DNA of 8,391 bases, from contig NZ_KK211326.1 in NCBI RefSeq assembly GCF_000621645.1, positions 7,228 through 15,618 of the forward strand. The letters run 5' to 3'. Positions within the stretch are counted from its first letter, which is position 1; each line of letters begins with the position of its first letter. The stretch is from Vibrio cholerae ATCC 14035 (GTDB lineage: Bacteria; Pseudomonadota; Gammaproteobacteria; Enterobacterales; Vibrionaceae). Of the stretch, positions 1-6,052 are shown one piece after another. The translations under genes and the position numbers were made by a program. The notes beneath the pieces were generated by a model, which did no database searches, was not told where the DNA came from, and worked only from the letters and a program-made list of their open reading frames with translations.

Positions 1-12
1 GCAATAAATACC

Positions 13-135
13 TAACAAACGCCTCAAGAGGGACTGTCAACGCGCGGCGTTTCCAGTCCCAATGAGCTGCGGTGGTTTCGGTTGTTGTGTTTGAGTTTGG
101 TGTTATGCGTTGCCAGCCCCTTAGGCGGGCGTTAG
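13..135 (+). repeat. attC site (VCR), closes the cassette whose tail is at 1-12
   Basis: Inverse core R'' TAAC at 13 and core R' GTTA at 131-134. Arms pair as TAAC/GTTA, with an unpaired spacer AAA x GGC and an L box CGCCT/AGGCG, then AAG/CTT, GGG/CCC, CTG/CAG and CAACGC/GCGTTG. The left arm has three extra bases (C, A, A), which become G/T/T extrahelical bases on the bottom strand. This is the canonical attC architecture. Confidence 0.95.
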
Positions 136-309
136 TTTCTATCTAGAAAAAATCATAAAAAGCTCAGGTTTAACGTTCTGAAAAATCCACTTTAAGCGTT
201 CAAGCCGCACAATTGTGTTTTTGAGTTTTTCTTGATGCTAATTTGGTAGAAAGCGTTGAAAGTTCAGTAGATGCAAAGACGTTGAAAACCAACAAGCCTC
301 GAAGCTTCA

Positions 310-492
310 ATGTTGTCGGATATTCAACACGATCAGTTTGGTTTCATAAAAGGCTGCATCATCTCTGTGATCTGGCTTTCTTTGTCGCGGACTCTTAACC
401 GTGACCAACTTAACCTTGATCGTTTTGAGTTTTGGCAGCCAACTTCACAGCTTTTGGTGTTGGACGTGTGTTTGTTCGATGCATTTGCGTAA
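310..492 (+). CDS. Doubtful 60-aa hypothetical ORF in a paralogous cassette (copy A); may not be translated
   Basis: Open frame from the ORF track with no convincing Shine-Dalgarno upstream (cgaagcttcaATG). Against its paralog at 4689-4871, 18 codons differ, 15 of them nonsynonymous. That is not the signature of a protein under purifying selection. Confidence 0.25.
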   Translation: MLSDIQHDQFGFIKGCIISVIWLSLSRTLNRDQLNLDRFEFWQPTSQLLVLDVCLFDAFA

Positions 493-548
493 AATGCTTT
501 CCAAGCAAAAGTGTTAAAAAATCATTGCTAAACAAATGGCTACGAAAC

Positions 549-672
549 TAACAAACGCCTCAAGAGGGACTGTCAACGCGCGGCGTTTCCAGTCCCATTG
601 AGCCGCGGTGGTTTCGATTGTTGTGTTTGAGTTTGGTTGTTATGCGTTGCCAGCCCCTTAGGCGGGCGTTAG
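549..672 (+). repeat. attC site (VCR) of cassette 136-672
   Basis: Same VCR sequence and architecture; TAAC at 549, GTTAG at 668-672. Confidence 0.95.
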
Positions 673-700
673 GCCTTCGGTAGGAGATTTAGTAGTTTGT

Positions 701-1159
701 ATGAAAGATGAAATAAGTAATCCAGATTTAGGCGCAATTTATACCACCAAAATTTTAGGCGTTTTATTAGAAAATTGGCCTAAACAAACTTATCTATGTT
801 GTTCGGAAGTGACAGGAATTGATTTTGATGAAGAGTCCGTGTTTGATTCGTTTTCACCACAGCCTTACCCTAAAGAATGGGAAGTATGTAGAGATTTAAT
901 CGTCTGGCTCGAAAATGAGGGCTTCATACGGTCCGAAGGTTCTCGTGGGAGTTCTTTCGGTTTTTTTTCCGTTGAAATAACGATGTCAGCTATGACAGCT
1001 TTAAATCAAGTTCCAGATCCACTAGATCCTGAATCGACTAGAACCTTGAAAGATACTCTTAAAGATATTGCTAAAAGTGGATCAGGCAAGTTGGCAGACA
1101 AAATTATGGATAAAGCATTCTTTGCATTTGTCACAATGCTAGAAAAAAGTGCTGGATAA
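701..1159 (+). CDS. Hypothetical protein, 152 aa
   Basis: The only long ORF in cassette 673-1168, co-oriented with the array. AGGAG at 682-686 lies rather far (14 nt) from the ATG. I recognise no motif. Confidence 0.7.
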   Translation: MKDEISNPDLGAIYTTKILGVLLENWPKQTYLCCSEVTGIDFDEESVFDSFSPQPYPKEWEVCRDLIVWLENEGFIRSEGSRGSSFGFFSVEITMSAMTALNQVPDPLDPESTRTLKDTLKDIAKSGSGKLADKIMDKAFFAFVTMLEKSAG

Positions 1160-1168
1160 TCGCAGGCC

Positions 1169-1292
1169 TAACAAACGCCTCAAGAGGGACTGTCAACGCG
1201 CGGCGTTTCCAGTCCCATTGAGCCGCGATGGTTACAGTTGTTGTGTTTGAGTTTAGTGGTAGTGCGTTGCCAGCCCCTTAGGCGGGCGTTAG
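1169..1292 (+). repeat. attC site (VCR) of cassette 673-1292
   Basis: Same VCR sequence; TAAC at 1169, GTTAG at 1288-1292. Confidence 0.95.
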
Positions 1293-1309
1293 GTAAATAG
1301 GAGGTTTCA

Positions 1310-1672
1310 ATGGAAGTAACTTTGTATGATGGACAAGGCAAACCGGTGGCATACGTAGCAGCAGATAGCGAGAACAGCATTTATACATGGGATGGACATG
1401 CAGTAGCGTATATTACCGATGGCAAAGTATATGGTTGGAATGGGCAGCATTTAGGTTGGTTTATAGATGGTGTTATTTTTGATCTACAAGGATATAGAGT
1501 TGGTTCAATTGCTGAGCGTTGTCCTTACGCTACCTACGCCCAACCAGCAAAATACGCAAAGTATGCAAAATACGCTAAATATGCGAAGTACGCAGCGTAT
1601 GCTAAGCCTGCGTTAAGTGTAAGTTATGGGCGTACTCATTTAATTGATTTTTTAAATAGCGGCGCAGTTTAA
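1310..1672 (+). CDS. Hypothetical protein, 120 aa: four tandem beta-hairpin-like segments followed by a C-terminal (A-K-Y)n repeat
   Basis: Strong RBS: AGGAGG at 1299-1304, 5 nt before the ATG. Four internal repeats occur at ~12-16 aa spacing (YDGQGKPVAYV / YTWDGHAVAYI / YGWNGQHLGWF / FDLQGYRVGSI), reminiscent of small 4-fold beta repeat proteins. These are followed by YATYAQPAKYAKYAKYAKYAKYAAYAK. Confidence 0.82.
   Translation: MEVTLYDGQGKPVAYVAADSENSIYTWDGHAVAYITDGKVYGWNGQHLGWFIDGVIFDLQGYRVGSIAERCPYATYAQPAKYAKYAKYAKYAKYAAYAKPALSVSYGRTHLIDFLNSGAV
1547..1606 (+). repeat. Tandem 9-nt (GCN-AAR-TAY) repeat encoding (AKY)5-AAY-AK inside CDS 1310-1672
   Basis: gca aaa tac / gca aag tat / gca aaa tac / gct aaa tat / gcg aag tac / gca gcg tat / gct aag. 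The units differ almost only at synonymous third positions. Confidence 0.9.
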
Positions 1673-1678
1673 TTTACC

Positions 1679-1798
1679 TAACAAACGCTTCAAGACGGAT
1701 TCGCAACGCGTGGCATTTTTACAATGCGTTGGTTTTGGTGATTAAGGTGGTGTGCTGAAATATCGTATTGCGTTGCTCACCACTTAAGCGGGCGTTAG
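1679..1798 (+). repeat. attC site, divergent VCR-like (120 bp), of cassette 1293-1798
   Basis: TAACAAACGCTTCAAGACGGATTCGCAACGCG...GCGTTGCTCACCACTTAAGCGGGCGTTAG. The R''/R' cores and spacer are the same as in VCR. The L box is CGCTT/AAGCG, a compensated double change relative to VCR CGCCT/AGGCG. The central region is unrelated to VCR. Confidence 0.88.
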
Positions 1799-1907
1799 CA
1801 CACACATCTCATAAGCTGGAGCTTGTATCCTGTGACGGTATTTCTGTTCAATGGTCTTTTGCCTTGGTTTAGTATCGAGACGTAACCTTTATTTGAGAGG
1901 CTGAAAA

Positions 1908-2333
1908 ATGAAAAAATTGTTAATGGTACTGACTGTAATGATTGCTTTAGTGGGTTGCGATGATGCAACTAAAGCGATTGATGGGGCTCAAGCTGCAGCG
2001 AATAAAGCCGTAGATAACTTGCAGCAAAAAGCGGACTCACTAAATTTGCAAGACCTTAATCTTGACGTTATTGGTGATGCGACTCAAAAAGCACAAGAGT
2101 TTACTCAATCAATAGATTTGTTGATCAATACCGATTTCACCGATCACCAAGCAGTTGTTGCCGCTACAGAGAAAATTTCTAATTCCTACAGTTGTTTAGT
2201 TGACGTTTCTTCGGAAGCAACAGCGGAAAACTTGCTAGATAAAATCGTATCATCAGTAAAGAACGATCAAGTGTTAGCAATTATCGAAAAAGGCGTGGCA
2301 CAAGCTAAAACGGCGAAAGAGTGCGTTATGTAA
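1908..2333 (+). CDS. Putative lipoprotein, 141 aa
   Basis: N-terminus MKKLLMVLTVMIALVGC is a signal peptide with lipobox L-V-G-C. GAGAGG lies upstream of the ATG. It is the only long + ORF in cassette 1799-2344 and is preceded by a ~110-nt leader. Confidence 0.85.
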   Translation: MKKLLMVLTVMIALVGCDDATKAIDGAQAAANKAVDNLQQKADSLNLQDLNLDVIGDATQKAQEFTQSIDLLINTDFTDHQAVVAATEKISNSYSCLVDVSSEATAENLLDKIVSSVKNDQVLAIIEKGVAQAKTAKECVM

Positions 2334-2344
2334 CCAGTGTGTGC

Positions 2345-2467
2345 TAACAAACGCCTCAAGAGGGACTGTCAACGCGCGGCGTTTCCAGTCCCATTGGGCT
2401 GCGGTGGTTTCGGTTGTTGTGTTTGAGTTTAGTGGTATGCGTTGCCAGCCCCTTAGGCGGGCGTTAT
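2345..2467 (+). repeat. attC site (VCR) of cassette 1799-2467
   Basis: VCR sequence; TAAC at 2345, GTTAT at 2463-2467. Confidence 0.95.
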
Positions 2468-2484
2468 AACACAGAATCAATTCC

Positions 2485-2532
2485 TTGCTCGTAAATCTCA
2501 ATTGAACTACTATTTGTACATTAAATTGTACT
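2485..2532 (+). promoter_or_regulatory. Putative cassette-internal promoter and antitoxin operator of the TA module
   Basis: TTGCTC (2485-2490), N17, TACTAT (2508-2513) is sigma70-like. It is immediately followed by TGTACA (2515-2520) and TGTACT (2527-2532), 12 bp start to start. TGTACA hexamers with this spacing are the operator core described for YefM-type antitoxins. Confidence 0.5.
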
Positions 2533-2546
2533 AAATGGAGTTCGTT

Positions 2547-2828
2547 ATGAGCCGTATTCACCTTGATCAAGATATTCAGCCTTTGTCTGAGTTCCGTGCT
2601 GGCGTTGCATCATTTATCAAACAGATCAATGAGACTCGTCGACCATTGGTTATTACACAACGAGGTAAAGGTGTAGCCGTTGTTCTTGACGTTGCGGAGT
2701 ATGAAGCAATGCAAGAGAAAATCGAATTACTCGAAGAAATGCGTACTGCAGAAGCTCAATTGGCTGCAGGTTTAGGTATATCAAACGAAGATGCTCGTTC
2801 ACAAGTTCTGGGGCGCATCATCAAATGA
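2547..2828 (+). CDS. Type II antitoxin, Phd/YefM family (93 aa from ATG 2547; the ORF track starts at 2535)
   Basis: The N-terminal pattern (S..EFRA.....I..IN.T..P..ITQRGK...VVL....YE.M.E..E.LE) is typical of Phd/YefM. GGAG at 2537-2540 sits 6 nt before ATG 2547. The stop overlaps the toxin start (ATGA at 2825-2828). Confidence 0.9.
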   Translation: MSRIHLDQDIQPLSEFRAGVASFIKQINETRRPLVITQRGKGVAVVLDVAEYEAMQEKIELLEEMRTAEAQLAAGLGISNEDARSQVLGRIIK

Positions 2829-3112
2829 AAGTAGTTTGGTCACCTCTAGCGTTACAAAAACTGGGTGATGCCGCAGAGTTTATTGCTTTGGATAACCCAT
2901 CAGCTGCAGAAAAGTGGGTGAATGAAGTATTCGACAAAACGGAATTGCTCGGCTCAATGCCAGAAATGGGCCGCATGGTTCCTGAAATGCCTCATACGAA
3001 CTACCGTGAAATAATTTTTGGTCATTACCGCATTATTTATAGTTTGAGCCACGAAATCCGCGTTCTAACAGTTCGTAACTGTCGTCAATTGCTCACGGAA
3101 CATGATGTGTGA
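2825..3112 (+). CDS. parE: Type II toxin, ParE-like (RelE/ParE superfamily), 95 aa
   Basis: The N-terminus W.P.A...L...AEFIA.DNP.AA..W resembles ParE, as does the C-terminal Y.EIIFG.YRIIY.....I.VLTV core. It is translationally coupled to the upstream antitoxin by a 4-nt ATGA overlap. V. cholerae superintegrons are known to carry several such modules. The symbol indicates family only. Confidence 0.88.
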   Translation: MKVVWSPLALQKLGDAAEFIALDNPSAAEKWVNEVFDKTELLGSMPEMGRMVPEMPHTNYREIIFGHYRIIYSLSHEIRVLTVRNCRQLLTEHDV

Positions 3113-3122
3113 AACTGTGTTA

Positions 3123-3245
3123 TAACAAACGCCTCAAAGGGACTACCAACGCGTGGCGTTTCCAGTCCCATTGAGCCGCGGCGGTTGCAGTTGTTATGTT
3201 TAAGTTTAGTGGTAATGCGTTGTCAGCCCCTTAGGCGGGCGTTAT
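3123..3245 (+). repeat. attC site (VCR) of the toxin-antitoxin cassette 2468-3245
   Basis: VCR sequence with the variant left arm GGGACTACCAACGCGTGGCG; TAAC at 3123, GTTAT at 3241-3245. Confidence 0.95.
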
Positions 3246-3270
3246 AAGGTGGTTTAGCAAAGGAGTCTGT

Positions 3271-3810
3271 ATGCTTGACAAGGAAAATACTGGTCTGATT
3301 ATCGTTGATATCCAAGGCAAGTTGGCTCGATTGGTTTCTGACAGTAATGAGCTTGTTTCAAATTGCATAAAACTAATTAAAGGAGCTCAATTGCTAGGAT
3401 TGCCAATAGTTTGGCTTGAGCAAAATCCAGATAAATTAGGCCAAACCATCGAAGAGCTCACTGTGTTACTGAGTAATCAACAACCGATTAGCAAGTTCAG
3501 TTTTGGTGCCTGTGGTGAGCCTCGTTTCATCGAAACTATCCAAAAATCGAATAAAACGTCTTGGTTAATATGTGGTATCGAAGCTCACATATGTGTTTAT
3601 CAAACGGCTATTCATCTCAAAAATCTAGGTTACGACATACATTTAGTGAGTGATTGCGTGTCTTCACGTGATGCATCAAACAAGGAGCTAGCAATTACAA
3701 AGCTAGCAGGAGCTGGTGTTGAAATAACAGGTTTAGAAATGAGTCTTTATGAACTGGTTAAAGATTGTCGAGCGCCAGAGTTTAAAGGAATACTCAATCT
3801 AATTAAGTAG
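3271..3810 (+). CDS. Isochorismatase-family (cysteine) hydrolase, 179 aa
   Basis: GLIIVDIQ (Asp13), ISKFSF (Lys75) and CGIEAHICVYQTA (Cys108) fit the D-K-C catalytic-triad motifs of the family. AGGAG at 3261-3265 lies 5 nt before the ATG. Confidence 0.9.
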   Translation: MLDKENTGLIIVDIQGKLARLVSDSNELVSNCIKLIKGAQLLGLPIVWLEQNPDKLGQTIEELTVLLSNQQPISKFSFGACGEPRFIETIQKSNKTSWLICGIEAHICVYQTAIHLKNLGYDIHLVSDCVSSRDASNKELAITKLAGAGVEITGLEMSLYELVKDCRAPEFKGILNLIK

Positions 3811-3822
3811 TTATCCACCTTA

Positions 3823-3946
3823 TAACAAACGCCTCAAGAGGGACTGTCAACGCGCGGCGTTTCCAGTCCCAATAAGCCGCGGTGGTTTCGGTTGTTGTGA
3901 TTGAGTTTTGTAGTAATGCGTTGCCAGCCCCTTAGGCGGGCGTTAT
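3823..3946 (+). repeat. attC site (VCR) of cassette 3246-3946
   Basis: VCR sequence; TAAC at 3823, GTTAT at 3942-3946. The ATG of the next ORF overlaps the R' core. Confidence 0.95.
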
Positions 3947-4394
3947 GTTCCTTTGGAGAAAATTTTTGAACCAAGATAGTGATTTAATGGAGTGGCCTAA
4001 ATTTTTACTCGATCATAAGAAATTACAGTGGATCTATGATCGAGATAAAGCAGCGCTATTATCTGTAGTGATTTTATATTACTCATATTTTTATGCATCG
4101 CTACTTGAGTTACCTTCTATTTTCTCTAGTTCAGGTTCGATAGTTTCAGCTATAGGCCTTCTATTAACACTAAAACACAACTTCTTAAGTAGCGTAAAAA
4201 ATCCTGAAGAAGCAGTTGCTAAACATAACCAGTATGGTCGTACAAATTCTATCTTTATGATGAAAATGCCCAGTGTGGTAAATCCTACGATAATTGCGTT
4301 AAAGGATGAATATGTGGGAATCTTGTTGGTACTACTTGGAGGTATTACTAATGGATATGGTGGCTTTTTGCCACTACTTGGCAGTGGAACATAA
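3945..4394 (+). CDS. Hypothetical membrane protein, 149 aa (start uncertain; alternative ATG at 3987)
   Basis: Three hydrophobic segments (AALLSVVILYYSYFYASLL, SIVSAIGLLLTL, YVGILLVLLGGITNGYGGFLPLLG). The ORF fills the whole cassette: ATG 3945 lies in the upstream R' core and the TAA stop is the first 3 nt of its own VCR. Confidence 0.65.
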   Translation: MFLWRKFLNQDSDLMEWPKFLLDHKKLQWIYDRDKAALLSVVILYYSYFYASLLELPSIFSSSGSIVSAIGLLLTLKHNFLSSVKNPEEAVAKHNQYGRTNSIFMMKMPSVVNPTIIALKDEYVGILLVLLGGITNGYGGFLPLLGSGT

Positions 4395-4515
4395 CAAACG
4401 CCTCAAGAGGGACTGTCAACGCGTGGCGTTTCCAGTCCCAATGCGCCGCGATGGTTACGGTTGTTGTGTTTGAGTTTAGTGGCAGTGCGTTGTCAGCCCC
4501 TTAGGCGGGCGTTAG
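4392..4515 (+). repeat. attC site (VCR) of cassette 3947-4515
   Basis: VCR sequence; TAAC at 4392, whose TAA is the stop codon of ORF 3945-4394; GTTAG at 4511-4515. Confidence 0.95.
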
Positions 4516-4688
4516 CTTCTTAAAGGCTAGAATCCTCAAAATCTGGGTTTAATTGTCCTGAAAATTCAGCTTTTAGTGCTCAAGTTTCACAATTTGGCTT
4601 TCGAGTTTTTTTGATGCTGATTTGGTCGAACGTGTTGAAAGTTCAGTGGTTTCAAAGTCGCTGAAAACCATCAAACCTCGATGCTTCA

Positions 4689-4871
4689 ATGTTGTTGGAT
4701 GCTCAACTCGGAAAGTTTGGTTTCACAAAAGGCTGCATCATCGCTGACAGTGTTTTTTCTTTGTCGAGGACTCTTAACCGTGGCCAACTTAACCTTGAGC
4801 GTTTTGAGTTTTGGCAGCCAACTTCACAGCTTTTGGCGTTGGACGTGTGTTTGAGAGATGCTTTTGCATAA
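4689..4871 (+). CDS. Doubtful 60-aa hypothetical ORF in a paralogous cassette (copy B); may not be translated
   Basis: Paralog of 310-492 with the same length, start and stop. It has no Shine-Dalgarno, and nonsynonymous differences dominate. Confidence 0.25.
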   Translation: MLLDAQLGKFGFTKGCIIADSVFSLSRTLNRGQLNLERFEFWQPTSQLLALDVCLRDAFA

Positions 4872-4927
4872 AATGCATTTCAAGCAAAAGTGTTAGAAAG
4901 CCATTGTTAAACAATAGGCTACGAAGC

Positions 4928-5050
4928 TAACAAACGCCTCAAAGGGACTGCCAACGCGTGGCGTTTCCAGTCCCAATGAGCTGCGGTGGTTACGGCTGTT
5001 GTGTTTGAGTTTGGTTGTTATGCGTTGTCAGCCCCTTAGGCGGGCGTTAT
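4928..5050 (+). repeat. attC site (VCR) of cassette 4516-5050
   Basis: VCR sequence; TAAC at 4928, GTTAT at 5046-5050. Confidence 0.95.
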
Positions 5051-5078
5051 ATCAATTTAGAGATAGGTGCAAAAAATA

Positions 5079-5771
5079 ATGAAACTATATGAGAATGTAG
5101 TTATTGGAAACTTTCTTTATGGATTAGGCTACTCTATTGGTACTAAGAAAGGCGGAAATGAGGTTCTGTCAGTCGTAAACCTGCTTCAACAAACGCCAGC
5201 AGACAAAGAGTTGGGCGATGTACTTTTAGAATTTCCTGGAGTTGTAAAACTCATAGAGTTTAAAAACAAAGCTGGCAGCTTAAAAAAAGAGATGCAAAGA
5301 CACTCTCAATTAAAGTCGGCATTGGGAGAAGACCATGCAAATATTTCTTTGTCTAAGAGTATTCACTGGTATGTTGAAACCGAGCCTTTTAATGATCTTT
5401 GTATAAATAATATCAAACCTTATTTGGATGCTTTTGATAGTAGTGTTAACGATAGTTTTACATTAGAAACTTTTATTGAGAAAATTGTAGACGATGTATT
5501 TAGTAACGATACCAATTTTAGCGATGATGACTTTAAGGACTATTTGAGTTTGGTTGCTAGGTGCCAAGGTACAGGAGAGGTAGGAACTGGAGGTATAATC
5601 ATCGCAGTTTCTGAGAGTAGAATTAAGTATTTCCAGTTTACGGATATTATGCAGCTCAGGTTACAACATGAAGAATATGTGAATGAGATAAAGAATCAAT
5701 TTAATAAAAGTATAGAGGCTAAAAAAAGTCTTAATAGAACCAAAGGTTTCGATATGGAGATAAGTCGATAA
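5079..5771 (+). CDS. Hypothetical protein, ~230 aa, with a PD-(D/E)xK-like motif (possible nuclease-fold protein); the ORF track starts at GTG 5067
   Basis: It is the longest ORF in the window and is AT-rich. AGGTG at 5065-5069 lies 9 nt before ATG 5079. In track numbering the motif is LGD51-VLLEFPGVVKLI-E64-F-K66 (D at 5217-5219, K at 5262-5264), i.e. D-x12-E-x-K in a hydrophobic strand context. The stop overlaps the next start (TAATG at 5769-5773). Confidence 0.8.
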   Translation: MKLYENVVIGNFLYGLGYSIGTKKGGNEVLSVVNLLQQTPADKELGDVLLEFPGVVKLIEFKNKAGSLKKEMQRHSQLKSALGEDHANISLSKSIHWYVETEPFNDLCINNIKPYLDAFDSSVNDSFTLETFIEKIVDDVFSNDTNFSDDDFKDYLSLVARCQGTGEVGTGGIIIAVSESRIKYFQFTDIMQLRLQHEEYVNEIKNQFNKSIEAKKSLNRTKGFDMEISR

Positions 5772-5950
5772 TGGAGAGGTTAGATAAGTTATTTGATGCA
5801 GCTGCTAATTTGCTTGCTGCAAGTGAGAAAAATGAACAAAGATTTTTAAATGCAATCACGTCAATTGAAAAGACTAACCGGAGTGTTAGTAGAGTTGAGT
5901 CAGAGACTAAAATAGCAATAAAAGAGTCTACCCAAAATGCATCAAGTTAA
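5771..5950 (+). CDS. Small coiled-coil ORF, 59 aa (below the ORF-track cutoff); possibly the 5' part of a gene interrupted by an in-frame TAA
   Basis: ATG 5771 overlaps the upstream stop (TAATG), and GGAG at 5756-5759 lies 11 nt upstream. The translation is MERLDKLFDAAANLLAASEKNEQRFLNAITSIEKTNRSVSRVESETKIAIKESTQNASS*. It is in the same frame as ORF 6053-6331, with no other stop between them. Confidence 0.45.
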   Translation: MERLDKLFDAAANLLAASEKNEQRFLNAITSIEKTNRSVSRVESETKIAIKESTQNASS

Positions 5951-6052
5951 ATAGCGGATAAGGTTTCGGAGCAATTATTTAAAAAACTTGAACATGCGCA
6001 TGTTAAAGCAGAACAAGCAGCGTCTAGGTATGAGAAAGCAAGCAGATATTCG

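Noticed and set aside
432-442. TTGGC-A-GCCAA palindrome as a stand-alone regulatory site
   Set aside because: It is too short to be significant on its own. It is mentioned only as part of the conserved core of the paralogous cassettes.
1180-1380. 66-aa minus-strand ORF
   Set aside because: It lies almost entirely inside the VCR at 1169-1292. It contains the peptide ARLRGWQR, which also appears in the minus ORF at 2274-2570, because both simply translate the repeat. It also overlaps the RBS and start of the well-supported + gene at 1310.
2535-2546. ATG 2535 as the antitoxin start (ORF-track start)
   Set aside because: The GGAG at 2537-2540 would lie inside the coding sequence. It is ideally spaced (6 nt) for ATG 2547, which gives the typical MSRI... 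Phd/YefM N-terminus.
2274-2570. 98-aa minus-strand ORF
   Set aside because: It reads straight through the VCR at 2345-2467 and overlaps the end of the lipoprotein gene and the TA promoter and start. It is a translation artefact of the repeat, with no RBS.
5067-5078. GTG 5067 as the start of the 234-aa ORF
   Set aside because: ATG 5079 is preceded by AGGTG (which includes that GTG) at a plausible distance, while GTG 5067 has only a weak purine run upstream. This is kept as an alternative and is not excluded.
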